Below, piece after piece: positions 20,517-29,922 of a DNA stretch of 64,000 nt. The translations under genes were made by a program, and so were the position numbers. Source of the stretch: Magnetococcales bacterium (GTDB lineage Bacteria; Pseudomonadota; Magnetococcia; Magnetococcales; UBA8363). Numbering within the stretch: position 1 is the first letter of the stretch; every line of letters begins with the position of its first letter. The DNA is taken from NCBI GenBank assembly GCA_015228925.1, contig JADGCQ010000005.1:3394-67393 (forward strand), given 5' to 3'. The notes under the pieces were generated by a model. That model was given only the letters and a program-made list of their open reading frames with translations. It made no database searches and was not told where the DNA came from.

Positions 20517-20558
20517 CCGGGATTATTTTGTATGACACAGCATGATACGAACGAGCAA

Positions 20559-20744
20559 TCATTTCCCTTCGGGAAACAAATTGCGATTAATACCAAGGAG
20601 GACAGAAGCAATTTGCACAACAGTACCACCGATCAGAGCCATGATCACGTTTTCAGTAATAATACGAGGGGGCGGAGATGCAAACAGAAAAACATTCGCA
20701 ACATCCGTAAGGAAAATGAGGAACACCAACACCAGCACACCCAT
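20559..20744 (-). CDS. Small two-TM hypothetical protein (61 aa)
   Basis: Two hydrophobic helices. Its ATG lies 1 nt after the stop of the preceding small ORF. Confidence 0.35.
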   Translation of the reverse strand: MGVLVLVFLIFLTDVANVFLFASPPPRIITENVIMALIGGTVVQIASVLLGINRNLFPEGK

Positions 20745-20745
20745 G

Positions 20746-20904
20746 TTAATCGTCTTGGTGAGACCTTAGGACATGATCTAACAAATCCCGACGCATTTCG
20801 ATATTCGCTTCAACTTCTCTTGTGCGCAGTTCTGCTAGTTTATTTTCACTCTCTTGAAGATCTAACGAACCTGCGTCATCGTCTTTATTTTCATTTTTTT
20901 CCAC
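20746..20904 (-). CDS. Small acidic coiled-coil ORF (52 aa, GTG start), absent from the supplied ORF track
   Basis: Hand translation gives VEKNENKDDDAGSLDLQESENKLAELRTREVEANIEMRRDLLDHVLRSHQDD*. It is tightly packed against the next ORF. Confidence 0.25.
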   Translation of the reverse strand: MEKNENKDDDAGSLDLQESENKLAELRTREVEANIEMRRDLLDHVLRSHQDD

Positions 20905-20939
20905 AACCCAACGAACTCCGTATCAGAACCGAACCAAGA

Positions 20940-21170
20940 TTACTCCCGAAACATAGTAATCTTCTTCATTTTTTCCCCATTTCCCAAAAACAAGGCCCCA
21001 GAACCATCCACAAATTGCCCGGCGACATCCAAAAGGGCGAGAGCCTTTCTAATGACTTCAACATCCGACTCCACCCCATAAATATTTTTCAACCGCGCAA
21101 AAACCTCCACCGACTGCCCATTCAATTCCAAATTCAACGTCCTGGAACCGCATCTATTGGTCGAAGTCAT
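20940..21170 (-). CDS. Small hypothetical protein (76 aa), possibly ribbon-helix-helix-like
   Basis: gggaga SD-like sequence 7 nt upstream of the ATG. The LNLELNGQSVEVFARLKNIYGVESDVEVIRKALALL pattern resembles a strand-helix-helix fold. Confidence 0.4.
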   Translation of the reverse strand: MTSTNRCGSRTLNLELNGQSVEVFARLKNIYGVESDVEVIRKALALLDVAGQFVDGSGALFLGNGEKMKKITMFRE

Positions 21171-21363
21171 GGATTATCTCCCACAATATCACCCTTCCTC
21201 GCATCCGCCATTGACATATTTTTCATACAAATTCCCACAACTCCAGCCAACTGTGTCGCACCCAACATCCATTGTCAAGTCCGCTCTTCCGAATTTTTCT
21301 ACAGCGAAAAAGAGACGGGGATTTAATATTTGTCATCTAATTATTATAAAATAATTTAACTCA

Positions 21364-23247
21364 TCAGTTTAATATCTTTTGTAACATGTTGGGTTTGTTG
21401 AGTCTTGTCCTCATTTTGGAAATGGGGGTGAACTGCGCTTCCTGATCCAATTCCTTATTCCTGTGCCACCCTAAATAATTTTCAGCATTTTTGGATGCCG
21501 TATAATAAAAATAATCGGGAGACCAAACGATCCATTCTCCACTGTCGGCATTGATAAAAAATGAAAGAACAGGTTTCCCTGCGGTTACAGAAAACCAGTT
21601 GATCGTACCGTTGCTCAATGCCACCAAGATGAATTTTCCATTCTCCGTAATATTGAGTGCCCTAATGGAACTTTCCACGACGGCACGCCAGCGTAACACC
21701 CCCGACCCATCGTACAGGTACAAGGCACTGTTGGTACTGGCCACAAAAAACCGTTCATCATTGGCAATGGCAAAACAGGAAATTTCTTCATTGCCCGGAA
21801 CATCAATATCCCTGCCGTCAAGATTCAGGCGAAGGTAATCATTTTGCATTCTGGCCTTCAAGTTGAGGCGCGAAGCCCGCCTCTTGGGCACCATCAACGA
21901 AGAGGATTGTGACGGATTGATGGAAAACTGCATATGACCCAAAGAAAAGGAACCATTCACGGTATTCTCTGGATTCATTGGAAAAGAGACGGTGCCACCC
22001 GATGGGGAAATCTGCAAAAATCCCAGGCACTTCGGAAACAAAACATTGGGATATTTGCGCACGGTCCCCAAAAACCCCTGCGCATCAACCTGCCCCAAAG
22101 CACTGGAAAGAGAGGTAAACAAAAGCCCCCCTTCCTTGAGAGGAAGAATCGCTTGTACAGGGGCAACGGAAACAGGAATATCGACAAATTCTCCTTTGCC
22201 AGCATTGTCGGTTTGACCTCCCTGGCTCCACCAGCGCAACATCCGCTTAAATTTCGCTGTATGTTTTCCCGCACCATACAGTGCCTTGCCATCCAACGAC
22301 CAAGCCAACGTAACGATCTCCCCGGAAACTCCCGTCATGTCAGGCAGATATAAAATCTCAAGATCTCGAGCCGACAACACCGAAACCATGGGCTTACCCA
22401 AAAAAGAAACGGCGATCTTACTGCTATCGGGAGAAAAAAATGCACCCTGGGGTGTGATGCCTGAGGGTATTTGCTTGATTTGTTCTATCCGAAAAGAAGC
22501 ATCGTAAAGCCGAACTTTCCCATCCTGGCTGGTGGAGACCACCTTTCCAGATGGAGAAAACCGTACCGAATTGGCAGGACCGCCATAACGACTATCCTGT
22601 GCCGCCAGTTGTCCATTGCTGATGCGAAAAACACGCATCCCGCCACGATTGGCCATGACAGCCGCCAAATATTGGCCATCCGGGGAAAAAGCCATGTCGG
22701 TAACCTGCTCAGGAAGCCCGGCAATCTTATAACGTACACGACCGCTCTGGGTATTGAATACGTAGATGCAATAGGACAAATTCCAAGATCGACACGTATC
22801 TCCCGCCGTCGCAATGATCCCTCCCGATGGAGATACCGCCAGGGCGTTCAGCCGACCTTCACCGCCGGAAATCATCGGAACCCGAAGCGTTTTCCATAAT
22901 TGAAAATTGGGAAGTTGCCAAATGCGAACAGTCTTGTCCAAAGAAATGGTCGCAAGGATCCGTTCATCCCGGTCCATGGCCATTTTTTGGATAGGATCCA
23001 GATGCATACCAGGATCCAGTACCAACATCGGTGAATCAAACGCACTCGCAGCCAAAGCAGAATGCAGATATGGCAACAAAAATATGGAAATAATAGCAAA
23101 AGGTAAAACAAAAAAAAACTTGAACCCATGCTGCGGTCTGTACAAAAAAACCATGATCAATCCGCTCCATGGAAAGATTAAAACGGCCACCATCACGAGA
23201 AGATAAAAACCGGATCCATTATAGATCGGAGAAGGGAATATTAACAA
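21364..23247 (-). CDS. Membrane-anchored WD40 / beta-propeller repeat protein
   Basis: Two N-terminal TM helices followed by repeated WD-like units (TISLDKTVRIWQL, STSQDGKVRLYD and others). Confidence 0.75.
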   Translation of the reverse strand: MLIFPSPIYNGSGFYLLVMVAVLIFPWSGLIMVFLYRPQHGFKFFFVLPFAIISIFLLPYLHSALAASAFDSPMLVLDPGMHLDPIQKMAMDRDERILATISLDKTVRIWQLPNFQLWKTLRVPMISGGEGRLNALAVSPSGGIIATAGDTCRSWNLSYCIYVFNTQSGRVRYKIAGLPEQVTDMAFSPDGQYLAAVMANRGGMRVFRISNGQLAAQDSRYGGPANSVRFSPSGKVVSTSQDGKVRLYDASFRIEQIKQIPSGITPQGAFFSPDSSKIAVSFLGKPMVSVLSARDLEILYLPDMTGVSGEIVTLAWSLDGKALYGAGKHTAKFKRMLRWWSQGGQTDNAGKGEFVDIPVSVAPVQAILPLKEGGLLFTSLSSALGQVDAQGFLGTVRKYPNVLFPKCLGFLQISPSGGTVSFPMNPENTVNGSFSLGHMQFSINPSQSSSLMVPKRRASRLNLKARMQNDYLRLNLDGRDIDVPGNEEISCFAIANDERFFVASTNSALYLYDGSGVLRWRAVVESSIRALNITENGKFILVALSNGTINWFSVTAGKPVLSFFINADSGEWIVWSPDYFYYTASKNAENYLGWHRNKELDQEAQFTPISKMRTRLNKPNMLQKILN

Positions 23248-23273
23248 CCATTCATCTTAGCAAGCAAGGGTCG

Positions 23274-23924
23274 CTAAACGGCAAGTTTATCGAAAGCGTG
23301 GGAGCCTTCGCCGCGCATGGCCAAAAATATCTCGCGACTGATCCACGCATCCGTGGCGGCATAGGTGATCTGAAATGGTTTGAGAACCGGGCTATCCCAA
23401 TTGGAACACTGCGCCCGTTTGGAGATTCTAAAATTAAAAAAGCGGGCCGCCATGGTACGCAACCCATGGCTTTCGATCCCCATGGCACGGGCCATGTCAC
23501 CCAAATCATGGCATTGGACAGGGTTGAAGGAAAAAATCGCCCTGAGCTGATCCATATCCTGGGCAATACCAACCCCCACCTTGGCCACACGGTGATCTTC
23601 CATCAATTCCTGCAAAGGAGCAAAGAGCGTCAGCCGATTCAGTTGAAACAGATAAACAAACTCTTCTCCCGCCAGTTGCAGCAAAGAAGGAAGATGAGAA
23701 ATCCCCTTACGAAACACAGGCTTGGTTTCCGTATCAAAACCAAGCAACGTTTCATTTCGCAGCTTATCCACCGCCAGCAAAACCTGATCGTCATCCCTGA
23801 CCAGATGAATGGGACCCTCCCATCTCCGAATGGGGAGACTGTTGATCTCATCCTTGGTGAGTTTTTTACAATGATCAGCAACCAAACGGGGTGTGGCAGA
23901 GGTAGTCTTTTCCTGCATGTTCAT
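23274..23924 (-). CDS. 3'-5' exonuclease domain protein (DEDDy, RNase D / WRN-exo-like)
   Basis: ExoI GFDTETKP, ExoII-like region, and ExoIII YAATDAWISREIF. The start was chosen at MNMQEK. Confidence 0.8.
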   Translation of the reverse strand: MNMQEKTTSATPRLVADHCKKLTKDEINSLPIRRWEGPIHLVRDDDQVLLAVDKLRNETLLGFDTETKPVFRKGISHLPSLLQLAGEEFVYLFQLNRLTLFAPLQELMEDHRVAKVGVGIAQDMDQLRAIFSFNPVQCHDLGDMARAMGIESHGLRTMAARFFNFRISKRAQCSNWDSPVLKPFQITYAATDAWISREIFLAMRGEGSHAFDKLAV

Positions 23925-24066
23925 TCGATGGCTTTCAGGTACACGACCGCAATGGCAAGCTTGATGTCCGGTCAAGTGAGTATCGCACATTCAAGGGACT
24001 TTCTACAACATCCCGAAGCAACAAACAATCACTGCCTGCGCAAACGCGCCGCTTTTTGCCAAACGC

Positions 24067-25806
24067 TCACAATCGTTTGCCTTCCCGGAGCATCTTGGTC
24101 AACTCTTCGGCAGGCACAGGCGCACTGAACAAAAAACCCTGCATCTGGTTGCAATTGAGCGCACGCAGAATGGCCAGTTGTTCCTCGGTTTCCAACCCTT
24201 CGACAATCACCTTCTGGTCCAGGCTGTGGGCCATGGCGATAATGGCATTGACAATGGCCTTGTCGCCACTGTTCTCGGTGATGGAACTCACGAAAGAGCG
24301 ATCAATTTTCAATGTTTTAAATGGAAAATGCCGCAGTTGGCTCAAAGAGGAATAGCCGGTACCAAAATCATCAATAGAGAGATGAACGCCCAACTCGCTA
24401 ATTTCTCGAAGCATGATTACGGCTTTTTCCACATCTTCCATGATCGCGCTTTCGGTAATTTCCAGGTCAAGGAGGGAAGGTTCAACCCCTGTTTGCATCA
24501 AAGCATCCTTGATGATAAACACCAGATTTTGACGCTGAAACTGTAGGGCGGAAAGATTGACTCCCACACGAATGGGAGGCAGATCCATAGCTTTCCACTG
24601 GGCAATCTGTTTGCATGCGGTACGAATCACCCACTCCCCAATGGGGAGGATCAAACCGGTCTCTTCGGCGACCGGAATAAATTCGGCGGGAGAAACCATC
24701 CCCCGTTCCGGGTGAATCCAGCGAATCAAAGCTTCGGCACCAAATACTTGGCCCGTTTTCAAGTCTACCTGGGGTTGATAGTACAACCGCAGTTCATCCC
24801 CCTCCAGGGCATGTCGTAAACTCGATTCCAGAGCAAAACGCTGGCGTGCCGCTTCAGCCATGTCTGCGGAGAAGAATTGATAGTTATTACGACCACGACG
24901 ACGGGCATGATCCAATGCGGTTTCAGCATTCTTCAACAAGCTTGCGGCATCCGTGGCATCCTGGGGAAAAAGGGTAATGCCAATGGCCACGGAAATTTCC
25001 ACATCCTGAGAACCCAACCGAGTCGGTTCAGCCAGGGCTTCGTAGATTTTTCGGGCAACAAAACCGGAATTACGTACCGCACCGGTCCCTTCATCGATAT
25101 CGGTCAACAACAAGCCAAATTCATCGGCACCGATGCGGGCCACACTGTCACTGGTACGCAGGCATCGCGTCAGACGAACGGCCACCTCCTTGAGCATTTC
25201 ATCACCCAACTGGGTTCCCAGAGAATCGTTGATCAAGCGAAACCGATCAAGATCCAATATCAACACCCCAAGCGAATAATTATGACGTTTCGCTCCGGCA
25301 ATCGCCTGTTCCAATCGGTCGAAAAACAAAGCGCGGGTCGCCAGTTGCGTCAAAGGATCCTTAGCATTATCACGGATACTTTCATCATTTTTATCCAATA
25401 ATTGGGTATTTGAAAGTTGGCAGAGGAAAAAACGAACTTTGCCCTGCGATGGCAAAATAGCACTAATTTTCAGGAATTTTTCACATTTTTCCTGTTTGCC
25501 CACGCATTTCAGATGGACACTGCCAGACCAATAACCGTCCTGCCACAACGTTTCCACGATTTCATCAAGCAATATCCTATCCGCCGATTCGGGGAACAAA
25601 CGGGCAATATTTTTTCCTTCCAAAGCTTCATGGGGTCTATGCGTCATCCGGGAGAAGGCGCGATTGATTCGGCGCACGTTGCCACGCCAATCCACCAGGG
25701 CCACCCCCTCACTGCTATTTTCCAGGAGTACCTTGAGCAGTTTTTCCTCGAAGGCAGACCCGCCCAAAAACTGCGATAAATGATCCGTTCGGTTTTGAGA
25801 TTCCAT
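24067..25806 (-). CDS. PAS, degenerate GGDEF (GADEF), EAL phosphodiesterase
   Basis: RIGADEFGLLL in place of GGDEF. Intact EAL motifs EALIRW and DDFGTGYSSL. The start was chosen at MESQNR. Confidence 0.85.
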   Translation of the reverse strand: MESQNRTDHLSQFLGGSAFEEKLLKVLLENSSEGVALVDWRGNVRRINRAFSRMTHRPHEALEGKNIARLFPESADRILLDEIVETLWQDGYWSGSVHLKCVGKQEKCEKFLKISAILPSQGKVRFFLCQLSNTQLLDKNDESIRDNAKDPLTQLATRALFFDRLEQAIAGAKRHNYSLGVLILDLDRFRLINDSLGTQLGDEMLKEVAVRLTRCLRTSDSVARIGADEFGLLLTDIDEGTGAVRNSGFVARKIYEALAEPTRLGSQDVEISVAIGITLFPQDATDAASLLKNAETALDHARRRGRNNYQFFSADMAEAARQRFALESSLRHALEGDELRLYYQPQVDLKTGQVFGAEALIRWIHPERGMVSPAEFIPVAEETGLILPIGEWVIRTACKQIAQWKAMDLPPIRVGVNLSALQFQRQNLVFIIKDALMQTGVEPSLLDLEITESAIMEDVEKAVIMLREISELGVHLSIDDFGTGYSSLSQLRHFPFKTLKIDRSFVSSITENSGDKAIVNAIIAMAHSLDQKVIVEGLETEEQLAILRALNCNQMQGFLFSAPVPAEELTKMLREGKRL

Positions 25807-26031
25807 AGATATTCCCAGATTAACCCAACACGCTGCGGCAAGGGGAACCGTGAACAAACACAAGCGGCATCCCTCGCATCCATCATCTTAGGCCAAGCAA
25901 GGAAACATGTCTATCGAAGCAGTAAAAACCCAACGCCCCTGGCGATTATTTTTACAAACAGCCAGATCGATCACCTGGAAAAATAACACCCTGAGCCAGG
26001 AAAAGGAAACATAGTCCACAACGCCTGTGGG

Positions 26032-28647
26032 CTAAGATACCCCCTTGGCATGCAAAAATGATCCATAACTCCGATCTTCCTTGAGGAGATGTTGGACCAG
26101 CCACGTTTGAAGAAATGAGAGAAAATCAAGGTAATTGACATATTTACCTTCAAAGACCGTTTCCTGAAGTGCCTGCACCTGTCGCGCCATGGTTCGATGA
26201 ACATCCCGGTGATGATCCACATTGGGAAAGCCATGCTGAACCAACAATTGTTCCTCAGCATCAAAATGATACTGAGTGTACACCACCAGACTTTCCATGG
26301 CCGCTATCAGCTCATCCCGCCGTTGACCGAAACGGATGATATTCAAAATATTATTCGCGATTCCAAATAATTCCTTGTGGTGCGCATCCATGCTGGCGAT
26401 TCCGGTACCAAACTCGTCACGCCAATAAAAAACCTTGCTGGAATCGCTACTGTAGATGGATTGCATCGCCCTGGTCTTATACATTTCAAACAACTTCCAC
26501 CGTACAATCGGGATGTCCGCGAGCAGGTCGCCACGAATTTGTAAAATTTCCGTCTCCTCCTCGGCCATGACATGGTACAGGCACGGAACACCAAAAATAG
26601 CCCCCTCCTCACCAAAAAAATGACCCACTTCCAAGACATCCAAACTATCGGTACCAATTAATCGCCGCATTTTTCCCCGACGAATCACATGGAGAAACCC
26701 CGAATCCTGACAAGGAACCGTACTGCCAGAGGCAATCGTTTTATAAACCAGATTGTCGATAATCCCCGCCATCACCGGATGGGACAACCCCTCACAAAGA
26801 AGATCAATAGATTCAAGAAATGCACGAATGGTCGCCGTGCGCTCAATCTTACCCATCAGATCATTTTTTTGAATGATCTGCCGGTAAAGACCTGCGGAAA
26901 TCTTGAGTGCGCTGACATAACTGGCTGCCCTGAAAGTCCACGGAGAAGGGGTCTGTTTGAGTGCAGAATCCTCCCCCAACAAGGTACCAGCCATCAGGCG
27001 ACTCAACCGATTTTCACCGGAAAATATTTTTTCCACCAACCCCGTTAAAATCAACAGGACATCCTCACAACAATCCCCCTCCTTTAAAATGATCGCTCCC
27101 GGATTGATGGCAACCACCTCGTTGTTCAGCAGCATACGCAGATGATGGAACGGAACCCTGGAAAAATGGCTTTGTAAAAATTGAAAAGCCAGACGTCGGG
27201 CAAAATCGTTCTGTCCCGAAATCAAAACATCACTGATACCAAAAGGTGCCGATGACCCAATCGCTTTTTCACTGGGGGTCAGATTGACCGAAGTATGTGC
27301 CAAAACAATGCGTTCGGACTTGTCGTTACGAAAATCTTCAGCCGCCCCGTGGATCATTCCACCGCCAACGTCAAGCTTCTTCAAATTCAATGGGACAAGA
27401 TACTCTTTCTTGACCTTCTCAAAAAATGCCCGTTTGACTCCAGGGACATCATCATCCTCGGTGACCATCCCTTCCAGAACATTCAGAGAAACAATGTCGG
27501 CAAAATGGCCGTATGTTTTATATCCCGAAGACCATAGAGTTCTGAACAAAAAATTTGTTGTTTCCAAAGGGTGCGGGGAAAACACCGGCATGACTTCCAA
27601 CCCCTGGATATCGGTCCACTGGTCCATGGGCAGGTCATGACAATCGAAGAAATCCTGAAATTGATTTTCCTCCATGGAGAGCAGTGCCGCCAATTTCTTT
27701 TCGACCGTCAGTCGGACCAAGGCTGCGGCATAGTATTTGATCTTGTGCCCGGAACGCATCAGGGAGGTGATGCCGGCGAAATGATCATCATGGGCATGGG
27801 TATGGAAAATCCCTTCGATTTCGTTGATGCCGACGCCAAGTGCCGTCAGATTAAAAAAAAGATTCGGTCCCGCATCGATCAAATAGATTTTACCTTGAAA
27901 CAACACAATACTCGACATGGAGGGGCGATTGACATCCCACCCATCACCGTCTCCTGAGTGGATCACGGAAAAATAATCCCTGGGAATGCTCTGGAATCCC
28001 AGGGGATAAGGGGGGTCATAATGGTCTTCCCCCTGAAGGTTCAGATCGACGGTTACGGTGTCCCCGTGATAAGAGATTTCAAACTGATTGACGGCGATGC
28101 GTTCGATGGTGACACCGTTACGAATTTCCCTTTTTTCCATCCCCAGAACACAACTGTCCAACAAAAGACTGGACGGTTTGATCTGCCCAAAAGCAAACCG
28201 CTTTTTCAAGCGCATCATTTGCTTGGCCGTTTCTTCGTCAACACCACCCTGTCGGATTTCCTCAAGGGAGACCAATCCATAATTACCCCGGAAAATGTAC
28301 TGCATCTGTGCCTGGACTTGCTCACCCAATCCGATGAGCAAGGGCTTCTGCCCAGTATTATTGGGGTGTTTGGGGATGATCAACCCCTGCTTGTAGAGCA
28401 TTTGCAGGACGGGAAACTCCGCCAAGTTGGAAAATTCTCCGTTTTGAATCATGACATCGGAGAGGAGAATGGCATTGGGTCCGGTTTCGCACAGAACCCC
28501 TTCAACCTCACGTTGAATGATCAATCCGCGTTTCATCAGATGCTTCACGCAATCCGCAGGACATCCGCAGATGATCTGCAATTTAGCATCAGGGATTTCA
28601 ACCCAAAAAACGCCTTTAATAACTGGAACCTTAATGATCTTGTCCAT
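26032..28647 (-). CDS. Multidomain protein: unknown N-terminal domain, MBL-fold hydrolase, 2 cNMP-binding domains, hemerythrin
   Basis: HxHxDH motif in IFHTHAHDDHFAG. Two CAP_ED-like segments (ILKEGDCCEDVLLILTG...LLGEDSAL and GHFFGEEGAIFG). C-terminal hemerythrin ligand pattern MDAHHKELF / YHFDAEEQLL / HHRDVHRTM / WLVQHLLKEDRSY. Confidence 0.8.
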   Translation of the reverse strand: MDKIIKVPVIKGVFWVEIPDAKLQIICGCPADCVKHLMKRGLIIQREVEGVLCETGPNAILLSDVMIQNGEFSNLAEFPVLQMLYKQGLIIPKHPNNTGQKPLLIGLGEQVQAQMQYIFRGNYGLVSLEEIRQGGVDEETAKQMMRLKKRFAFGQIKPSSLLLDSCVLGMEKREIRNGVTIERIAVNQFEISYHGDTVTVDLNLQGEDHYDPPYPLGFQSIPRDYFSVIHSGDGDGWDVNRPSMSSIVLFQGKIYLIDAGPNLFFNLTALGVGINEIEGIFHTHAHDDHFAGITSLMRSGHKIKYYAAALVRLTVEKKLAALLSMEENQFQDFFDCHDLPMDQWTDIQGLEVMPVFSPHPLETTNFLFRTLWSSGYKTYGHFADIVSLNVLEGMVTEDDDVPGVKRAFFEKVKKEYLVPLNLKKLDVGGGMIHGAAEDFRNDKSERIVLAHTSVNLTPSEKAIGSSAPFGISDVLISGQNDFARRLAFQFLQSHFSRVPFHHLRMLLNNEVVAINPGAIILKEGDCCEDVLLILTGLVEKIFSGENRLSRLMAGTLLGEDSALKQTPSPWTFRAASYVSALKISAGLYRQIIQKNDLMGKIERTATIRAFLESIDLLCEGLSHPVMAGIIDNLVYKTIASGSTVPCQDSGFLHVIRRGKMRRLIGTDSLDVLEVGHFFGEEGAIFGVPCLYHVMAEEETEILQIRGDLLADIPIVRWKLFEMYKTRAMQSIYSSDSSKVFYWRDEFGTGIASMDAHHKELFGIANNILNIIRFGQRRDELIAAMESLVVYTQYHFDAEEQLLVQHGFPNVDHHRDVHRTMARQVQALQETVFEGKYVNYLDFLSFLQTWLVQHLLKEDRSYGSFLHAKGVS

Positions 28648-28988
28648 CCTCAGTTCCTTATTGAGATACGAACCAGCCGCCTGTGATTGATTATTAATTT
28701 ACCATAAAATGCCAGATTCTAGCAGATGATCACGCACCAACGCACGATATTTCATCAAGTTCGTCGCCATGCCAAAAAAAACAGGCCCATGGCTCATTCA
28801 TGACACATCAACTCGATGAATAACACAATAGGCCAAAATGGAGCATCGTGAAAAATTCAGGCTTCTTCCTTTTGGAAATTTTGGTAATGAACATTGGAAA
28901 ATCGTCGTTTAAAATCACCGACTGTCAAGAAAAAAAATGGTGGCAAATTTCTGCGATGAATTCACCTGTTTTTTTCTTGGAAAAAAGG

Positions 28989-29017
28989 TTGCACAATCAA
29001 AATGATTATGTATAAAT
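28989..29017 (+). promoter_or_regulatory. Sigma-70-like promoter (TTGCAC, 17 nt spacer, ATAAAT)
   Basis: Hexamers and spacing read directly in an AT-rich intergenic region. Confidence 0.35.
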
Positions 29018-29023
29018 ATTTGA

Positions 29024-29270
29024 TATTTTTTAATTTTAACCCATGCACTTTTTTTTATCACACACCCTTGTATCCGGTCGATGATTGGCGTAAAAAAGCC
29101 CAATCTGAAGAGGTCGTCCCCAAGCTACATGATCGAAGTCCCAAACGTTCCACCTGGGCCTTGTCCAGGAGAATCGCGCAACTGGGAAGTGTAGTTTCAG
29201 GGCAGATGGCCTTGCTTCACTTAAGGTTCGGGTCAGCCGAGACATGGTGTCTGTGAGGGCTGTTTTTTTT
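29024..29270 (+). ncRNA. Candidate leader or small RNA of about 245 nt, bounded by the promoter above and an intrinsic terminator
   Basis: There is no credible ORF between the predicted start and the terminator, which ends 22 nt before the DUF488 start codon. Confidence 0.3.
29234..29270 (+). terminator. Rho-independent terminator (cagccgagaca-tgg-tgtctgtgagggctg followed by T8)
   Basis: GC-rich stem-loop plus an 8-T run, read directly. Confidence 0.65.
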
Positions 29271-29292
29271 CGTTGTGAAGGGGTCCGAATTT

Positions 29293-29859
29293 ATGAATTC
29301 CAGGTGGCAAACGATCTATACTATCGGCCATGGCAGTGCGCCGTTGGAATCTTTCGTCGAAATTCTCACCTACGTCGATGCGCAAACCTTGATCGACATC
29401 CGTTCCAATCCCAATAGCCCGGATTATCCATACTGGTTCCATGAAACCAACCTCAGGCCAGTCCTCAACGATATGGAGATCATCTATCACCTGGGTGGTC
29501 AGCACCTGGGTGAACGGGCACCCATGCACATCGACCGCCACTGGGGATTGCAAACCCCGGATAAAATGGCCTACGCACACCATATGGAATCGGGTACCTT
29601 CGCCACCGGAATCAAACTGTTACTGAACCTTTCCTTCCGCTTTGGAACCGTGATCATGGGTGCCCCCGTCCACCCGTCTCAGTGCCACCGCTCCCTGATC
29701 TCCGATTATCTGACCATGCAGGGCCACCGCCTTATCCACTTGGTGGAAGAACACGGATTCATCGAACATCAACCCCATCCCACCCTCAGGAGAAGCAGCC
29801 AGGGGCTGATTTACGATCAGCAACCTTCGTCCGCGCAACCCTATATGCCGTTGCACTAA
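29293..29859 (+). CDS. DUF488 domain protein
   Basis: IYTIGHGSAPLESFVEIL...LIDIRSNP N-terminal signature. ATG 29293 is preceded by gaagggg. Confidence 0.75.
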   Translation: MNSRWQTIYTIGHGSAPLESFVEILTYVDAQTLIDIRSNPNSPDYPYWFHETNLRPVLNDMEIIYHLGGQHLGERAPMHIDRHWGLQTPDKMAYAHHMESGTFATGIKLLLNLSFRFGTVIMGAPVHPSQCHRSLISDYLTMQGHRLIHLVEEHGFIEHQPHPTLRRSSQGLIYDQQPSSAQPYMPLH

Positions 29860-29922
29860 ACACGAACCCTACCAGGCTTGTCTTAAGGAAACTGTCATAC
29901 CGGCTATTCTATTGGACTGACC

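Noticed and set aside
29060-29175. Partial resemblance of the leader to known riboswitch or attenuator elements: tgattggcg and ccacctgggc to ZTP, aaaaagccc to ykkC/PRPP, and tccaggagaa to the PyrR binding loop
   Set aside because: Only short fragments match, with mismatches at invariant positions, and the expected helices could not be built by eye. The region is kept only as an unclassified leader or sRNA candidate pending a covariance-model scan
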